64,000 nucleotides of DNA, from positions 11,712,001 to 11,776,000 of the forward strand of contig CP086569.2 of assembly GCA_009914755.4 (NCBI GenBank), read 5' to 3'. This document shows, piece by piece, positions 15,401 to 29,300 of this stretch (the first letter of the stretch is position 1; each line of letters begins with the position of its first letter). The DNA comes from the human T2T-CHM13v2.0 reference genome, Homo sapiens. The notes beneath the pieces are model-generated. The model was given only the letters and a program-made list of their open reading frames with translations. It was not told the origin of the DNA and searched no databases. The position numbers and the translations under genes are program-made.

Positions 15401-18400
15401 TGGAATGGACTGGAATGTAATGGACTCGAATGGTTTTGACTAGAAAAAAATCAAATCGTACAGACTGGAATTGAACAGAAGGGAATGGAATGGAATAGAA
15501 TTGAATGGAATTGAGTTGAATGTAATGTAGTCGAATGGAATGGAATCGAATGGAATGGAATATAATGGAATTCAATGACATAGAAAGGAATATAATGGAA
15601 TGGAGGGTAATGGAAATAAATCGAATGGAATGGAATGCAATGGACTCGGATGGAATATACTGGAATGGAATGGACTCGAATGGTATGGACTGGAGTGCAA
15701 TGGACTAGAATGGAATGCAAACGAAAGGAATGGAATGGAATGGAATGGAATGGAATGGAATGGAATGGAATTTAATGGAATGGAAACAATCGAATGGAAT
15801 GGAATCGGTTGGAATGGAATGTAATTGAATGGAGTCAAATGTAATAGAATCATTTGGAATGGCCTCGAATGGAATGGAATGTAATATAGTGGACTGAAAC
15901 GGAATGGACTCGAATGGAATGGATTGATATAGAATGGAAACAAAAGGATGGACTTGAATAGAATTTATTCGAATAGAATGGAGTTGAATGGAATGCAATA
16001 GTATGGTACGTAATCGAATGAAATAGAATCGAATGGAATTGAGAGGAATGGAATGGCCTGGAAAAGTACAGACCCGAATGCAATGTATTGCAAAGTAATT
16101 TATTCAAAAGGAATTTAGTCGAATGGAACATAATCAACGAAATGGAATGGAATAAAATGGAATGGAATAGAATGGAATGCAATGGAATTGAACAGAGTGG
16201 AATTGATTGGAATGGGAACGAATGGAATGGAATCGAATAGATTGGGCTTGAATGGAATGGACTGTAATGCAATAGACTGGAAAAAACCGGAATTGAACGG
16301 ATTGGAATCAAAGGCAAAGGAAAGGAATTGAATGGAATGGAATGGAATGGATTCAAATACAGTGGAATCAAATGGAATGGAATTGATTGGAATCAAAAGG
16401 AAAATAATTGAATAGAGTGTAATGGAAATATATCGAATGGAATGGAATGGAAAGGAATGGTCTCGAATGGAATGGACTGCAATGGAACGGATTCGAATGA
16501 AATAGAGTGGAGTGGAATGGACTCGAAAGAAAGGAAATAAATGGAATGTAAAGGAAAGGAATAGAATGGAATGGAAACCGGATGGAGCGGAAAGGAATGG
16601 AATGGAAAGGAATCAGATGGAACAGAATGGAATGGAATGGAATGGAATTCAATCTAGACAAACGGAATAAAATCAAATGGAATGACATCGAATTTAATGG
16701 AATGGAATAGAATGGACCCAAATTTAATGGAGTCAAATGGAATGGACACAAATAGAATGGATATGAAAAGAATGGTCTCGAATGTAATTAATATGAATAG
16801 ACGGGAATAGGATGGAATGCAATAGTATGGAAAGGAATCGAATGGAATGGAAACGAATGGAATGGACCGGAATGGAATGGAATGGAATAGAACGGACTCG
16901 ATTGTTACATATTGCAATGTAACGGATTCAAATGGAATCGAAAGGAATATAATCAAAAGTAATGGAATGGAATGCAATGCAATGGAATTGAAAGAAATGA
17001 AATGGAATGGAACAGAGTGGAATTAAGTTGAATGGAATCGAATGGAATGGAATCGAGTGGAATGGAACCGAGTGGAATGGAGTTGAATGGAATGGACTGG
17101 AATAAATTGGAATAGAATGGATTGGAAACGAACGGAACGAAATTGAATGGAAACGAATGGAATGGAATGGACTCGAATGGAATGGGGTCGAATGGAATGC
17201 AATTGAATGGATTGGAATTAAATGGAATTGAATCGAATGAAATGGAATTGAAAGGAATCGAAAGTTATAGAATAGAATGAGGTGCAATGGAAGGAACTGG
17301 AATTGAATGGAATGGAATGGAATGGAAACGAATGGAATGGAATGGACTCGAATGGCATAGACTGGAAAGGAATGAACTCGAATCAAATGGAGTCGAAAGG
17401 AATGGAATCGAATGTAATGAAATTGAAAGGAATGAAATTGAAAGGAATTAAAGGAATAGAAAGGAATGGAGTGAAAAAGAAATATATCATATGGAATGGA
17501 ATGGAATGGACTGGAATTGAATGGACTTGAATGGAATGGACTGGAGTGGAATGGACTCGAATGAAATGGACTGGAGTGGAATGTACTAGAATCGAATTGA
17601 AATGAAGGAATGGAATGGAATGGAATGGAATACTATGAAATGGAACCTTATAGAACAGAAAGGAATGGAATGCAGACGCATGGAATAGAATCTAATGGAA
17701 AGGCATAGGATGGAAAGACTAGAATGGAATGGACTCAAATGAAATGGATTCGAACAGAATATAATTGAATGGAATGGCATCGAGTGGAATGGAATGGAAT
17801 GGGATGGAAGGGAAAGGAACCAAATGTAATGGAGTCTAATGGAATGTACTTAAATAGAATGAACATGAAGGGAATGGTTTCGAACAGATTTTATTCGAAT
17901 AGAATGGAATCGAATGTAATGTAATATTATGGAATGTAATAGAATGGAATGGAATCGAATAGAATAGAATGGAATGGACTGGAATGGAATTGAACGGACT
18001 CTCATGGATTGCAATGTAATAGTTTCGAATGAAATGGAATCAAATGGAATGTAATCAAATGGAATGGAATGGAATGCAATGGAATGGAATAGAATGCAAT
18101 GCAATGGAATGAAACAGAGAATAGTGTGGAATGGAATCGAATGGAATGGAATCGAATGGAATGGACTGGAATGGAAAGGAATCCAATGGAATGGACTGCA
18201 ACAAAATGGAACTGAACAGATTGGAATCGAACTGAATGGAATGAAATAGAATAGAATGGAATGGACTCTAATGGGATGGAGTCGAATGGAACCAAATCAA
18301 ATGGAATGGAGTGGAATGGAGTGGACACGCATGGAATGCACTGGAACAAAATGGAATGGAACGGATTGGAATCGAACAGAAAGGAATGGAATGGAATGGA

Positions 18401-19299
18401 ATGGAATGGAATGGAATGGAATGGAATGGAATGAAATGGAATGGAAAGGACTTGAAAGTAATGGAGTTGAATGGAATGTAACCGATTGGAATGGAATCGA
18501 ATGTAATGGAATTGAGTGGATTCAAAAGGAATAGAATGGAATGGAGTGTAGTGGAAAGATATTGAATGGAATGGAATGGAATCAAATGGATTGGACAAGA
18601 GTGGAATGGACGCGAATGGAAAGGAATGGAGTGGAATGGACACGAATGAATTGGAAACGAATGGAATTGAATGAATAGGAATGAAATTGCATGCAAAGGA
18701 AAAGAATGGAACGGAAACGGATGGAACGGAATGGAATGGAATGCAGTAGAATGCAATTGAATACAATGGAATGGTTTCGCATGGGATGGAATGAAATGGA
18801 ATGGAATGGAATGGATTGGATTCCAATGCAATAGACTCGAATGGGATAAAATAAAATGGAATGGTTTCGAATGGAAGGGAATGGAATGGATTGGATTGAA
18901 ATGCAATGGACTCAAATTGAATAGAATCGAATACATCAAATGGCATGGAATTGAATGGAATGGATTGGATTGAAATGCAACGTACTCAAATGGAATAGAA
19001 TCGAATTTAATGGCATGAAATGCAATGGAATGGGATGGAATGTAAAGGAATGGAATGGAATGGACTGGACACACATGTGATGTACTCAAATAGAATGGAC
19101 TCCAAAAGGATTGGTCTCGAATGGAATTTATTCGAATGGAATGGAATCTAATGGAATGCAACACTATGGAATGGAATCAAATGGAATGGAATTAAATGGA
19201 AAGTAATCACACGGAATAGATTGTAATGCAATGGAATGGAAGTCCATGGAATGCAAAGGAAAGGAATGGAGTGGAAATGAGTGGAATGGAATTGAATGG

Positions 19300-20310
19300 A
19301 ATAGAATCAAATGGAATGCAATCGAGTGGAATTGACCGGAATGTAATGGACTCGAATGGATTAGACAGGGAAAAAACGGAGTAGAACAGAATGGAATAGA
19401 GTGGAATGGAATGGAATGGAATGGAATACACTGGATCCAATTTAATAGACTCAAAGAGAATGGAATCGAAAGGAAAGGTAGCGAATGGAATTTATTCAAA
19501 TACAATGGAATTGAATAAAATGCAATAGTATGGAATGGAATCGAATGGAATGAAATTGAAGGGAATCGAAAAGAATAGAATGGAATGCAGTATAATGGAA
19601 AGACATCGAATGGAATGGAATGTAATTGACTCAAATGGTCAGGAGTTGATTGGAATGGTCTTGAAGGGAATGGACTGGAGTGGAATGGACTCGAATGCAA
19701 AGTAAACGAAAGGAAAGGAATTGAATGGAATTAATGGAAAGGAATAGAATGGAACGGAATTGGATGGAATGGAATGGAGTCGAATGGAATAGAATAGAAT
19801 GGAATGGCATTGAATTGAATGGAGTGGAATGGAGTGGAGTGGAAACAAATGGGATGGATTCGTATGGAATAGAATCGAATGGAATAGCATCGAATGGAAT
19901 GGAATGGAATGGTATGGAATGGATTGGAATGGAAAGGACCCAAATATATTGGACTCAAATGGAATGCACTCAAATAGAATGGACTCAAAAGGAAGGGTTT
20001 CGAATGTATTTATTCAATTAGAATGTAATCAAATGGAAGGTAATAGAATGGATTGCAATCTAAAATAATGGAATCAAATTGAATGTACCAGAATGGAATG
20101 GATTGGTATACAACGGACTCGAATGTTATGGGTTCCAATGAAATTGATTCGAATGGAATGGAATTGAATGGAATATAATCAAATGTAATGGAATGGAAGG
20201 CAATGGAATGGAATAGAATGGAAAGCAGTGTAATGAAATGGAGTGCAATCGAGTTCAGTGGAATCAAAAGGAATGGAATCGAATGCAATGCACTGGAATG
20301 GAAAGGAATC
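19300..20310. repeat. Second copy of the ~1 kb dispersed duplication (partner of 14380-15400)
   Basis: Same evidence as the 14380-15400 feature. The offset is 4897-4924 bp with a ~26 bp indel between the copies. Confidence 0.8.
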
Positions 20311-23300
20311 AAATGGAATGGACTGCAACAAAATGGAATTGAACAGATTGGAATCGAACTGAATGGAATGAAATAGAATGGAATGGAATGGAGTCGAACT
20401 GTATGGGGTCGAATGGAATGGAATCGAATGGAATAGAATCGAATGGAATCGGATTGAGTGGAATGGAAGGGAGTGGAATGGAATGAAATCAAATGGAATG
20501 GATTCAAATGGAATAGAGTCGAGTAGAACGGCATCAAATGGAATGGAATGGAATATAATGGAATGGAAAGGAATGGAATGGAATGGACCCAAATGTAATG
20601 GACTCAAACGGAACGGACTCAAATACAATGGACTTGAAAAAAAAGGGTTTCGAATGGATTTTATTCGTAACAAATGGAATCGAAAGTATTGTAATAGGAT
20701 CGAAAAGAATTGAATGGAATGGAATCGAATGGAATGTACCAGAATGGAATGGAGAGGAAAAGAATGGGCAAGAATATAATGGATTGCAATGAAATTGATT
20801 CGAATGGAATTAAATCGAATGGAATGTAATCAAATGGAATGGAATTCAATGCAATTGAATGGAATAGAATGGAATGCAATGGAATGGAATTCAGTGGAAT
20901 CGAGTGGAATGGAATCAAATGGAAAGGAATAGAATGGAATGGACTCGAATGGAATGGACTTGAAGTAAATGGAATCGTAAGGATTGGAATCAAATGGAAC
21001 AGAACGGAATGGAATTGAATGGAGTGGACTCGAATGGGATGTACTCGAATGGAATGGAATCGAATGGAATGCAACTGAATGGAACCGAATATAATGGAAT
21101 TGAATGGAGTGTAATGGAATGATATAGAATGGAATGGAATGGAATGGAATCGAATGGACACGAATGGAATGGACTGGTCTGGAAGGGACTGGGAAGGAAT
21201 GCATTGTAGTGGAAAGAACTCAAATGGAATGGAAACGAATGTGAAGGAAGGGAATGGAATTGAATGGCAACAAAAGGAAAGGAATGGAATTGAATCGGAT
21301 GGAATGGAATGGAAGGGAATGGAGTTGAGCGGAATAGAATCTAATGGAATGGCATCGAATGGAATGGAATGGACTAGAATGGAACACACTCAGGTTGAAT
21401 AGAATCAAAAGGAATGGCATCGAATGGATTGGAATGGAATGGAATGGAATGGACCCAAAAGTAATGAACTCGAAAGCAATGGATTCAAATAGAATGGACT
21501 CGAAAGAATTGATCTCGAATGGAATATATTCGAATAGAATCTAAAAGAATGGGAAGCAATAGTATGGATTGCAATAGAAAGGAATGGAATTGAACAGAAT
21601 ATAGCGCAATGGAATGAACTGGAAAAAATGGAATCGAACAGATTGAAATCGAACTGAACAGAATGGAAGGGAATGGAATTGAGTGGAATGGAATGTAATG
21701 GAATGGTCTCAAATGGAATGGACTGGAGTGGAATGGAGACGAATGGAATGGAAACGAATGGAATGGAAAGGGATGGAATGGAATGCAAAGGAATATAATG
21801 GAATTGTTTCAGATGGAATGTAATAGAATGGCTTTGAATGGAATAGATTCAAATGGAATGGCATTGAATGGAATCGAATGGAATGGATTGGAATGGAATG
21901 GAATGAAATGGACCCAAAAGTACTAGGCTGTAATGGAAAGGACTCAAATAGAATGGACTCAAAAGGAATGGTCTTCAAAGGAATTTATGGGAACAGAATG
22001 TAATCGAATGGACTGCAATAGTATGGAACGTAATAGAATGGAGCGGAATAGAATGGAATGAAATGGAATACAATGGAATGGAATAGAAAGGACATGAATA
22101 TACTGGATTACAATGCAATTGATTGGAATGGAATGGAATCAAATGTAATGTAATCAAATGGAAAGGAAGGGTATGCAATGGAATGCAATAGAATGGAATG
22201 CATTGGAATGAAACGCAGTGGAATCAAGTGGAATGGAATCGAATGGAATGGAATCAAATGGAATGGAATCAAATGGAGTGGAAACGAATGGAATGGAATT
22301 GAACAGAATGGAATCGAATAGAAAGGACACGAATGAAATGGACAGGAAAAAAACTGGAACCGATCGGAATGGAGTAGAACAGAATTGAATGGAATGGACT
22401 CGAATCAAATCGAGTATAATGCAATGGAAAGTAATGCGATGGAATCGACTGGAAATGAATTGAATGGAAATGAAAGGAAAAGAATGGAATGGATTTTAAT
22501 GGAAATATATCGAATAGGATAGAATGGAATGAAATGGACCCTAAAGGAAAGGGCTGGAATGGATTGGATGCGAATGGAATGTACTGGAGTTAAATGGACT
22601 CTAATGGAATGGAAACGAATGGAATAGAATGGAAAGACATATAATGAAATGGAATCAGATATAATGGAATGGAATAGAATGGTGTCAAATGGAATAAAAA
22701 CGAAAGGAATGGCCTCAAATGGAATGGAATCCAATTGAATGGAATGGAATCGAATAGAATGTAAACGAATGGAATGGAATTGAATAGAATGAAATGGAAT
22801 GGAAAGGACAAGAATGAAATGGATGGGAACGAAATGGAAGAGAACGGACTGGAGTAGAACGGAAAGGAATGGAATGGAATGGAATGGAATAGAATGTAAT
22901 GGAATGGACTCGAATCAAATGGAGTCTAAAGGAATGGAAAGTAATGCAATGGAATCCAATTGAAATGAATTGAATGTAATTGAAAGAAATAGAATGGAAT
23001 GGAGTGTAAAGGAAATATATGGAATGGGATAGAATGGAATGAAATGGACCCTAAAGGAATGGGCTGCAATGGAATGGATGCGAATGGAATGGACTGGAGT
23101 GAAATGGACTCTAAAGGAATGAAAACTAATGGAATGGAATGGAAAGGCATAGAATGGAATGAAATCAGATGGAATGGAATGGAATGGAATGGAATGGAAT
23201 GGAATGGAATGGAATGGTGTCAAATGGAATAGAATTGAATGGAATGGCATCAAATGGAATGCAATGGAATGGAATGGAATGGAATGGCCCAAAATATAAT

Positions 23301-26300
23301 TTACTAGAAACGAATGGACTCAAAAGAATGGAGTTAAAAGTCATGGTCTCGAATGGAAGTTATTCGAATACAATGTAACTGAAAGGAATGCAATAATATG
23401 CAATGGAATCAAATAAAATGTAATTGAATGGAATGTACCAGAATGGAATGGACTGGAATAGAACGGACTCGAACGTCATGGATTGCAATGTAATTGATTC
23501 AAATGGATTGGAATCGAATGGAATGGAATCGTATGGAATGGAATTGAATGGAATGGACCGGAAAGAAAAGGACAGGAATAGAATGGAAATGAATGTAATG
23601 CATTGCAATGAAATTGATTCGAATTGAATGGAATTGAACGGAATATAAACCAACGGAATGGAATGGAATGGAATGCAATGGAATGGAATGGAATGGAATG
23701 CAATTAAATGGAATGGAATAGAAAGGAATCGATTGGAATGGAATCTAATTGAATGGAATTGAATAGATTGGAATTGAATAAAATGTATTGGGAAGGAATG
23801 GACTCGAATCGAATGGATTGGAACAAAACGGAATCGAACGATTGGAATTGAATGGAACGGAAAGGAATGGAATCGAATCGAATGGAATGGAGTCGAATGG
23901 AATGGAATCAATTGGAATGGAAACGAATGGAATGGAGTAGAACGGAACCAAAAGGAATAGATTGGAAAGGATTGTAATGAAATGTTATCAAATAGAATGG
24001 AGTGGAATGGAATGGAATCACATGGAATCGACTGGAATAGAATGGACACGAATGGAATGTACTGCAGTGGAATGGACTTGAAAGAATGGAAACAAAAGGA
24101 ATGGAATGGAATGGTATGCAAAGGAATTGAATGGAAAGGAATCTAATTGAGTGGAATCGAACCAAACGGAATGGAGTGAAATGGACTCGAATGGAATGGA
24201 GTTAATTGGAATGGAATTGAATGGAATGTAATTGAATGGGTTGGAATTGAATGGAATCAAAAGGAATAGATTGGAATTCAGTGTAATTGAAAGATATCGA
24301 ATGGAACGGAATGGAATGGAATGGACTCACATGGCATGGACTGGAATGGAAAGAACTCGAACGGAATGGAGTCGAAAGCTATGGAATTGAATAGAATAGC
24401 ATTGGAAGAAATGGAATTGAAAGGAATTAAAGGAATTGAATGGTATGGAGTGTAATGGAACGAAATCAAATGGAATGAAATGGAATGAAATGGACTCGAA
24501 TGGAATTGACAGGAAAAGAATGGAATCAAAAGTTATATACGTGAGTGGAATGGACTCGAATGAAATGAACTGGAGTGGAATGGACTAGAATTTAATGGAA
24601 ACGAAAGGAATGGAATGGAATGGAATGGAAATGAATGCAATAGAATGGAATGGAATCTGATAGAATGGAAAGGAATGGAATGCAGTCGTATGGAATAGAA
24701 TCTAATAGACTGACATAAAATGGAAAAATGGAATGGAATTGAATGGAATGGAATGGATTCGAATTGAATGGCCTGGAACGGAATGTAATAGAATGGAATG
24801 GCATCGAACAGAATGGAATGGAATGATATGGAAGGGAATGGAACCAAATGTAATGGAATCGAATGGAATAGACTTAAATAGAATGGACTCTAAAGGAATT
24901 GTTTCAAATGCAATTTATTCGAATAGAATGAAATAGAATGTAATGCAATAGTATGGAATAGAATTGAATGGAATAGAATCGAATGGAATGAACAGGAATG
25001 GAATAGACTGGAATAGAACAGACCCTCATGTAATGGATTGCAATGTAATTGATTCGAATGGAATGGAATCTAATGGAATGGAATCAAACGGAAAAGAGTG
25101 GAATGCAATGTAATGGAATAGAATGGAATGCACTGCAATGGAATGGAACAAAATGGAATGGACTGGAACAAAATGGAATCAAAAAGACTGGAATCGAACT
25201 GAATGGAAAGAAATGTAATGGAGTGGAATGGACTTGCATGGAATGGAGTTGAATGGAATGGAATCGAATGCAATGGAATTCAAAGGAATTGAAGAGAATG
25301 AAATGGATTTGAATGGAATGGAATGGAATAGAATAGAATGGAGTGTAATGGAAATATATCGAATGGAATGAAATGAAATGGATTGGACTCGAATGGAATG
25401 GACTGAAATGGAATGAAATTGAATGGAAAGGAGTGGAGTGGGGTGGACTCGAATGGAAAGGAAACGAATGGAATGGAATGGATTGGAGCGTAATGGAAAG
25501 GAATAGAATGGAATGGAATTCGATGGAATGGAATCGAATGGAGTGTAATGGCAAAGAATCTTATGGGATGGCATTGAATGGAATGGAAAGGTATGGAATG
25601 GAATGGACTGAAAGGAATTGATTCTAGTGGAATGGAATCGAATGGAATTGCATCGAATGCAATGGAATGGAATGGAAACGGATGGACAAAATATAATGGA
25701 CTCGAAGGGAATCGACTCAAATAGAATGGACTCGAAAAAAATAATCTCGAATGGATTTTCTTCATATAGACTGGAATCGAATGTATTGCAATAGTATCGA
25801 AAGGAATTGAATGGAATGGAATCTAATGGAATGTACCAGAATTGAATAGAGTGGAATAGAACGGACATGAATGTAATAGATTGCAATGAAATTGATTCGA
25901 ATTGAATTGAATCAAATGGGATGAAATCAAAAGGAATGGAGTGGAATGCAATGGAATAGAATAGAAACGAATGCAGTGGAAAGAACGGAATGGAATCGAT
26001 TGGAATGGACTGGATTGGAATGGACTCGAATGAAATGGAATGGAAAAATAATGGAATCGTATGGATTTGAATTCAACGGAACGGAACGGAACGGAACGGA
26101 ATGGAATGGAATGGATTCGAATGGAAAATAGTCAAATGGAAAGGAATTGAATGGAATGGAATCGAATGGAATGCAACTGAATGGAATAGAAATGAATACA
26201 ATGGAATAGAGTGTAATGGAAAGATATAGAGTGTAATGGAATGGAATAGAATGGACTGGAATGGAATGGACGGGAATTCAATGGACTTGAATGGAATTCA

Positions 26301-29300
26301 CTGAAGGGGAATGTACTCGAATGGAATGGAAACCAATGGGATGGAATGGAATGGAATTGAAAGGAAAGGAATACAATGTAATGGAAGCTGAAGGAATGGA
26401 ATGGAATGGAATGGAGTGGAATGGAATAAAATCGAATGTAATGGCAAATAACGGAATATAATGGAATGGAAAGGATGTGAATGGAATTGACTCGAGTGTT
26501 AACGAATCGAACGGAATGGCATAAAATGGAATGTAATATCATGGAATGTAATGGAATGGAATATACCCAAATGAAAAGGATTCAAATGCAATGGATTCAA
26601 ATAGAATTGACTCGAAAGAAATGGTCTCAAATGGAATTTATTCGAATAGAACAGAAAAGAATGGGATAAAATAGTATGGAATGCAATCCAATGGAATGGA
26701 ATCGAACGGATGGTAGAGCGATGGAATGGACTGGAACAAATAGGAATCAAAAGGATTGGAATCAAACTGAATGGAACAGAAGGGAATGGAATGGAGTGGA
26801 ATGGAATGGAATGTATTTGAATGGAATGGACTGGAGTGGAATGGACTCGAATGGAACGTTAACGAATGGGAAGGAATGGAATGGAATGGAATGGGATGTA
26901 ATAGAAAGGAATATAAAGGAATGGAATCAATTGGAATGGAAAGGAGTAGAATGGAATAAAATCGAATGGAATGGCATCAAATGGAATGGAATGGATTCGA
27001 ATGGAATGGAATGAAATGAACCCAAATGTACTGAGCTCTAATGGAATTGATTCATATGGAATGGACTCAAAAGGAAAGGTCTTGAAAGGAATTTATTCGA
27101 ATAGAAATCGAATGGACTGCAATAATATGGAATGTAATTGAAAGGAAATGAATGGAATGGATTGGAATGGAATGGAATGGAATAGAATGAACTCGAATGT
27201 ACTGGATTGGAATGCAATTGATTTGAATGGAATGGAATTCAAAGTAATGTAATCAAATGGAATGGAATGGTATGCAAAAAATGCAATAGAATGGAATGCA
27301 ATGCAATGGAACGGAGTGGAATCGAGTGAAATGAAATCGAATGGAATGGAATCAAATTCAACAGAATCAAATGGAATGGAAGCGAATGAAATGGAATTGA
27401 ATGAAATAGAATGGAATGGAAATGACACGAATGAAATGGAAAGGAACAAAATGGAATACAACGGATTGGAGTAGAACGGAATGGAATGGAATGGAAAGGA
27501 ACGGAATTGAAAGGAATAGAACCGACTCAAAAGGAATGGAGTCGAATGTAATGGAAACTAATGCAATGGTATTGAAAGGAATGGAATTGAATGGAATTGA
27601 AACGAATGCAATGGAATGGAGTGTAATTGAAACATATCGAATGGAATTGAATGGAAAGGAATGGACTGGAATGGAATGGATTCCAATGTAATGGACTGGA
27701 GTGAAATGTACTCTAATGGAATGGAAACCAAGGGAATGAATTAGAATGGAAAGGAAAGGCATAGAATGAAATGGAATTGCATATAACGGAATGGAATGAA
27801 ATGGAGTTGAATAGAATCAAATTCATTGGAATGACATCGAATAGAATGGAATGGAATGGAATGGAATGGAATGGAATGGAATGGAATAGTCTCGAATGAA
27901 ATGGAATAGAATGGAATAGAATAGAATGTAAAGGAAAGAATGGAATGGAATGGAATGGACCCAAATGTAATGGGCTCAAATGGAATGGACTCAAATAGAA
28001 TGGACTTGAAAGGAATGGTGTCGAATGGAATTTAATCGAATGGAATGGAAACGAATGCAATCGACCTGAACGGAATGGACTGGAATAGATAGGACTTGAA
28101 CATAATGGACTGCTGCATACTAGATTCGAATGGAATGGAATCGAATGGAATGAAATCAAAAGTAGTGAAATGGAAAGCAATGGAATGGAATATAATGGAA
28201 TGCAATGTAGTGGAACTGAGTGGAATTGAGTGGAATGGAATAGAACGGAATATAATCGAATGGAAAGGAATCAACTGGAGTGAACTGGAATTGAATGTAC
28301 TCGAATGGAACGGACTGGAACAAAATGGAATAGAACGGATTGGAATAGAATGGAACGGAATGGAATGGAATGGAATGGACTCGAGTGGAAAAAAGTCGAA
28401 TGGAATGGAATAGAATGGAATGGAATCAAATGGAATATTATTTAATGGAATCGAAAGGAATAGAATGGAATGGAATCTAATGGAATGATATCGAATGGAA
28501 TGGAATGGAATGGACTCAAATGGAATGGACTACAATGGAATGAACTCAAATGGATTAGAATGGAGTGGAATGGATTCGAATGGAATGGAAATATATGGAA
28601 TGGAATGTAATGGAAATAAATAGAATGGAATGGAATAGGATGGAAAGTAATGGAAATGAAAGGAGTGGAATGGAATGGACTCAAATGGAATGGCATGGAA
28701 TGGAATGGAATGGAATGGAATGGAATGGAATGGACACCAATGGAATTGAATCAAATGGAATGGCATGGAATGGAATGGAATGGAGTGGAATGGGCCCAAA
28801 TGTAATGGACAAGAATGGAATGGACTCACATAGAATGGACCAAAAAGGAATGGTATCAAGCGGAATTTATTCGAATAGAATGGAAAAGAATGGATTGAAA
28901 TAGTATGTAATGGAATGCAATGGAGTAGAATCAAATTGAATGTACCAGAATGGAAAGGACAGGAATAGAATGGACTCGAATGTAATTGATTGCAAAGCAG
29001 TTTATTCGAATGGAGTGGAATCGAATGGAATGAAATGAAATGGAAAGGAATGGAATGCAGTGCAAACGTATGGAACAGAATGGAATGCAATGGAATGGAA
29101 TGGAGTGGAATAGAATGGAATGGAATTGAAAGGTGTGGAATCAAATGCAATGGAATCGAATGGAATGGAATTGAATGAAATCGAAAGGAATAGAATGCAA
29201 TGGATTGTAATGCAAATATATCCAATGGATTGGAATGGAATTCACTCGAATGGAATAGACTGGAATCTAATGGACTCAAACGGAACGGACTGGAGTGGAA

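Noticed and set aside
14380-20310. A full 4.9 kb tandem periodicity in the 14-21 kb region
   Set aside because: Only ~1 kb of each putative unit matches. The remaining ~3.9 kb on either side has no corresponding similarity, so this is a dispersed segmental duplicate, not a live HOR.
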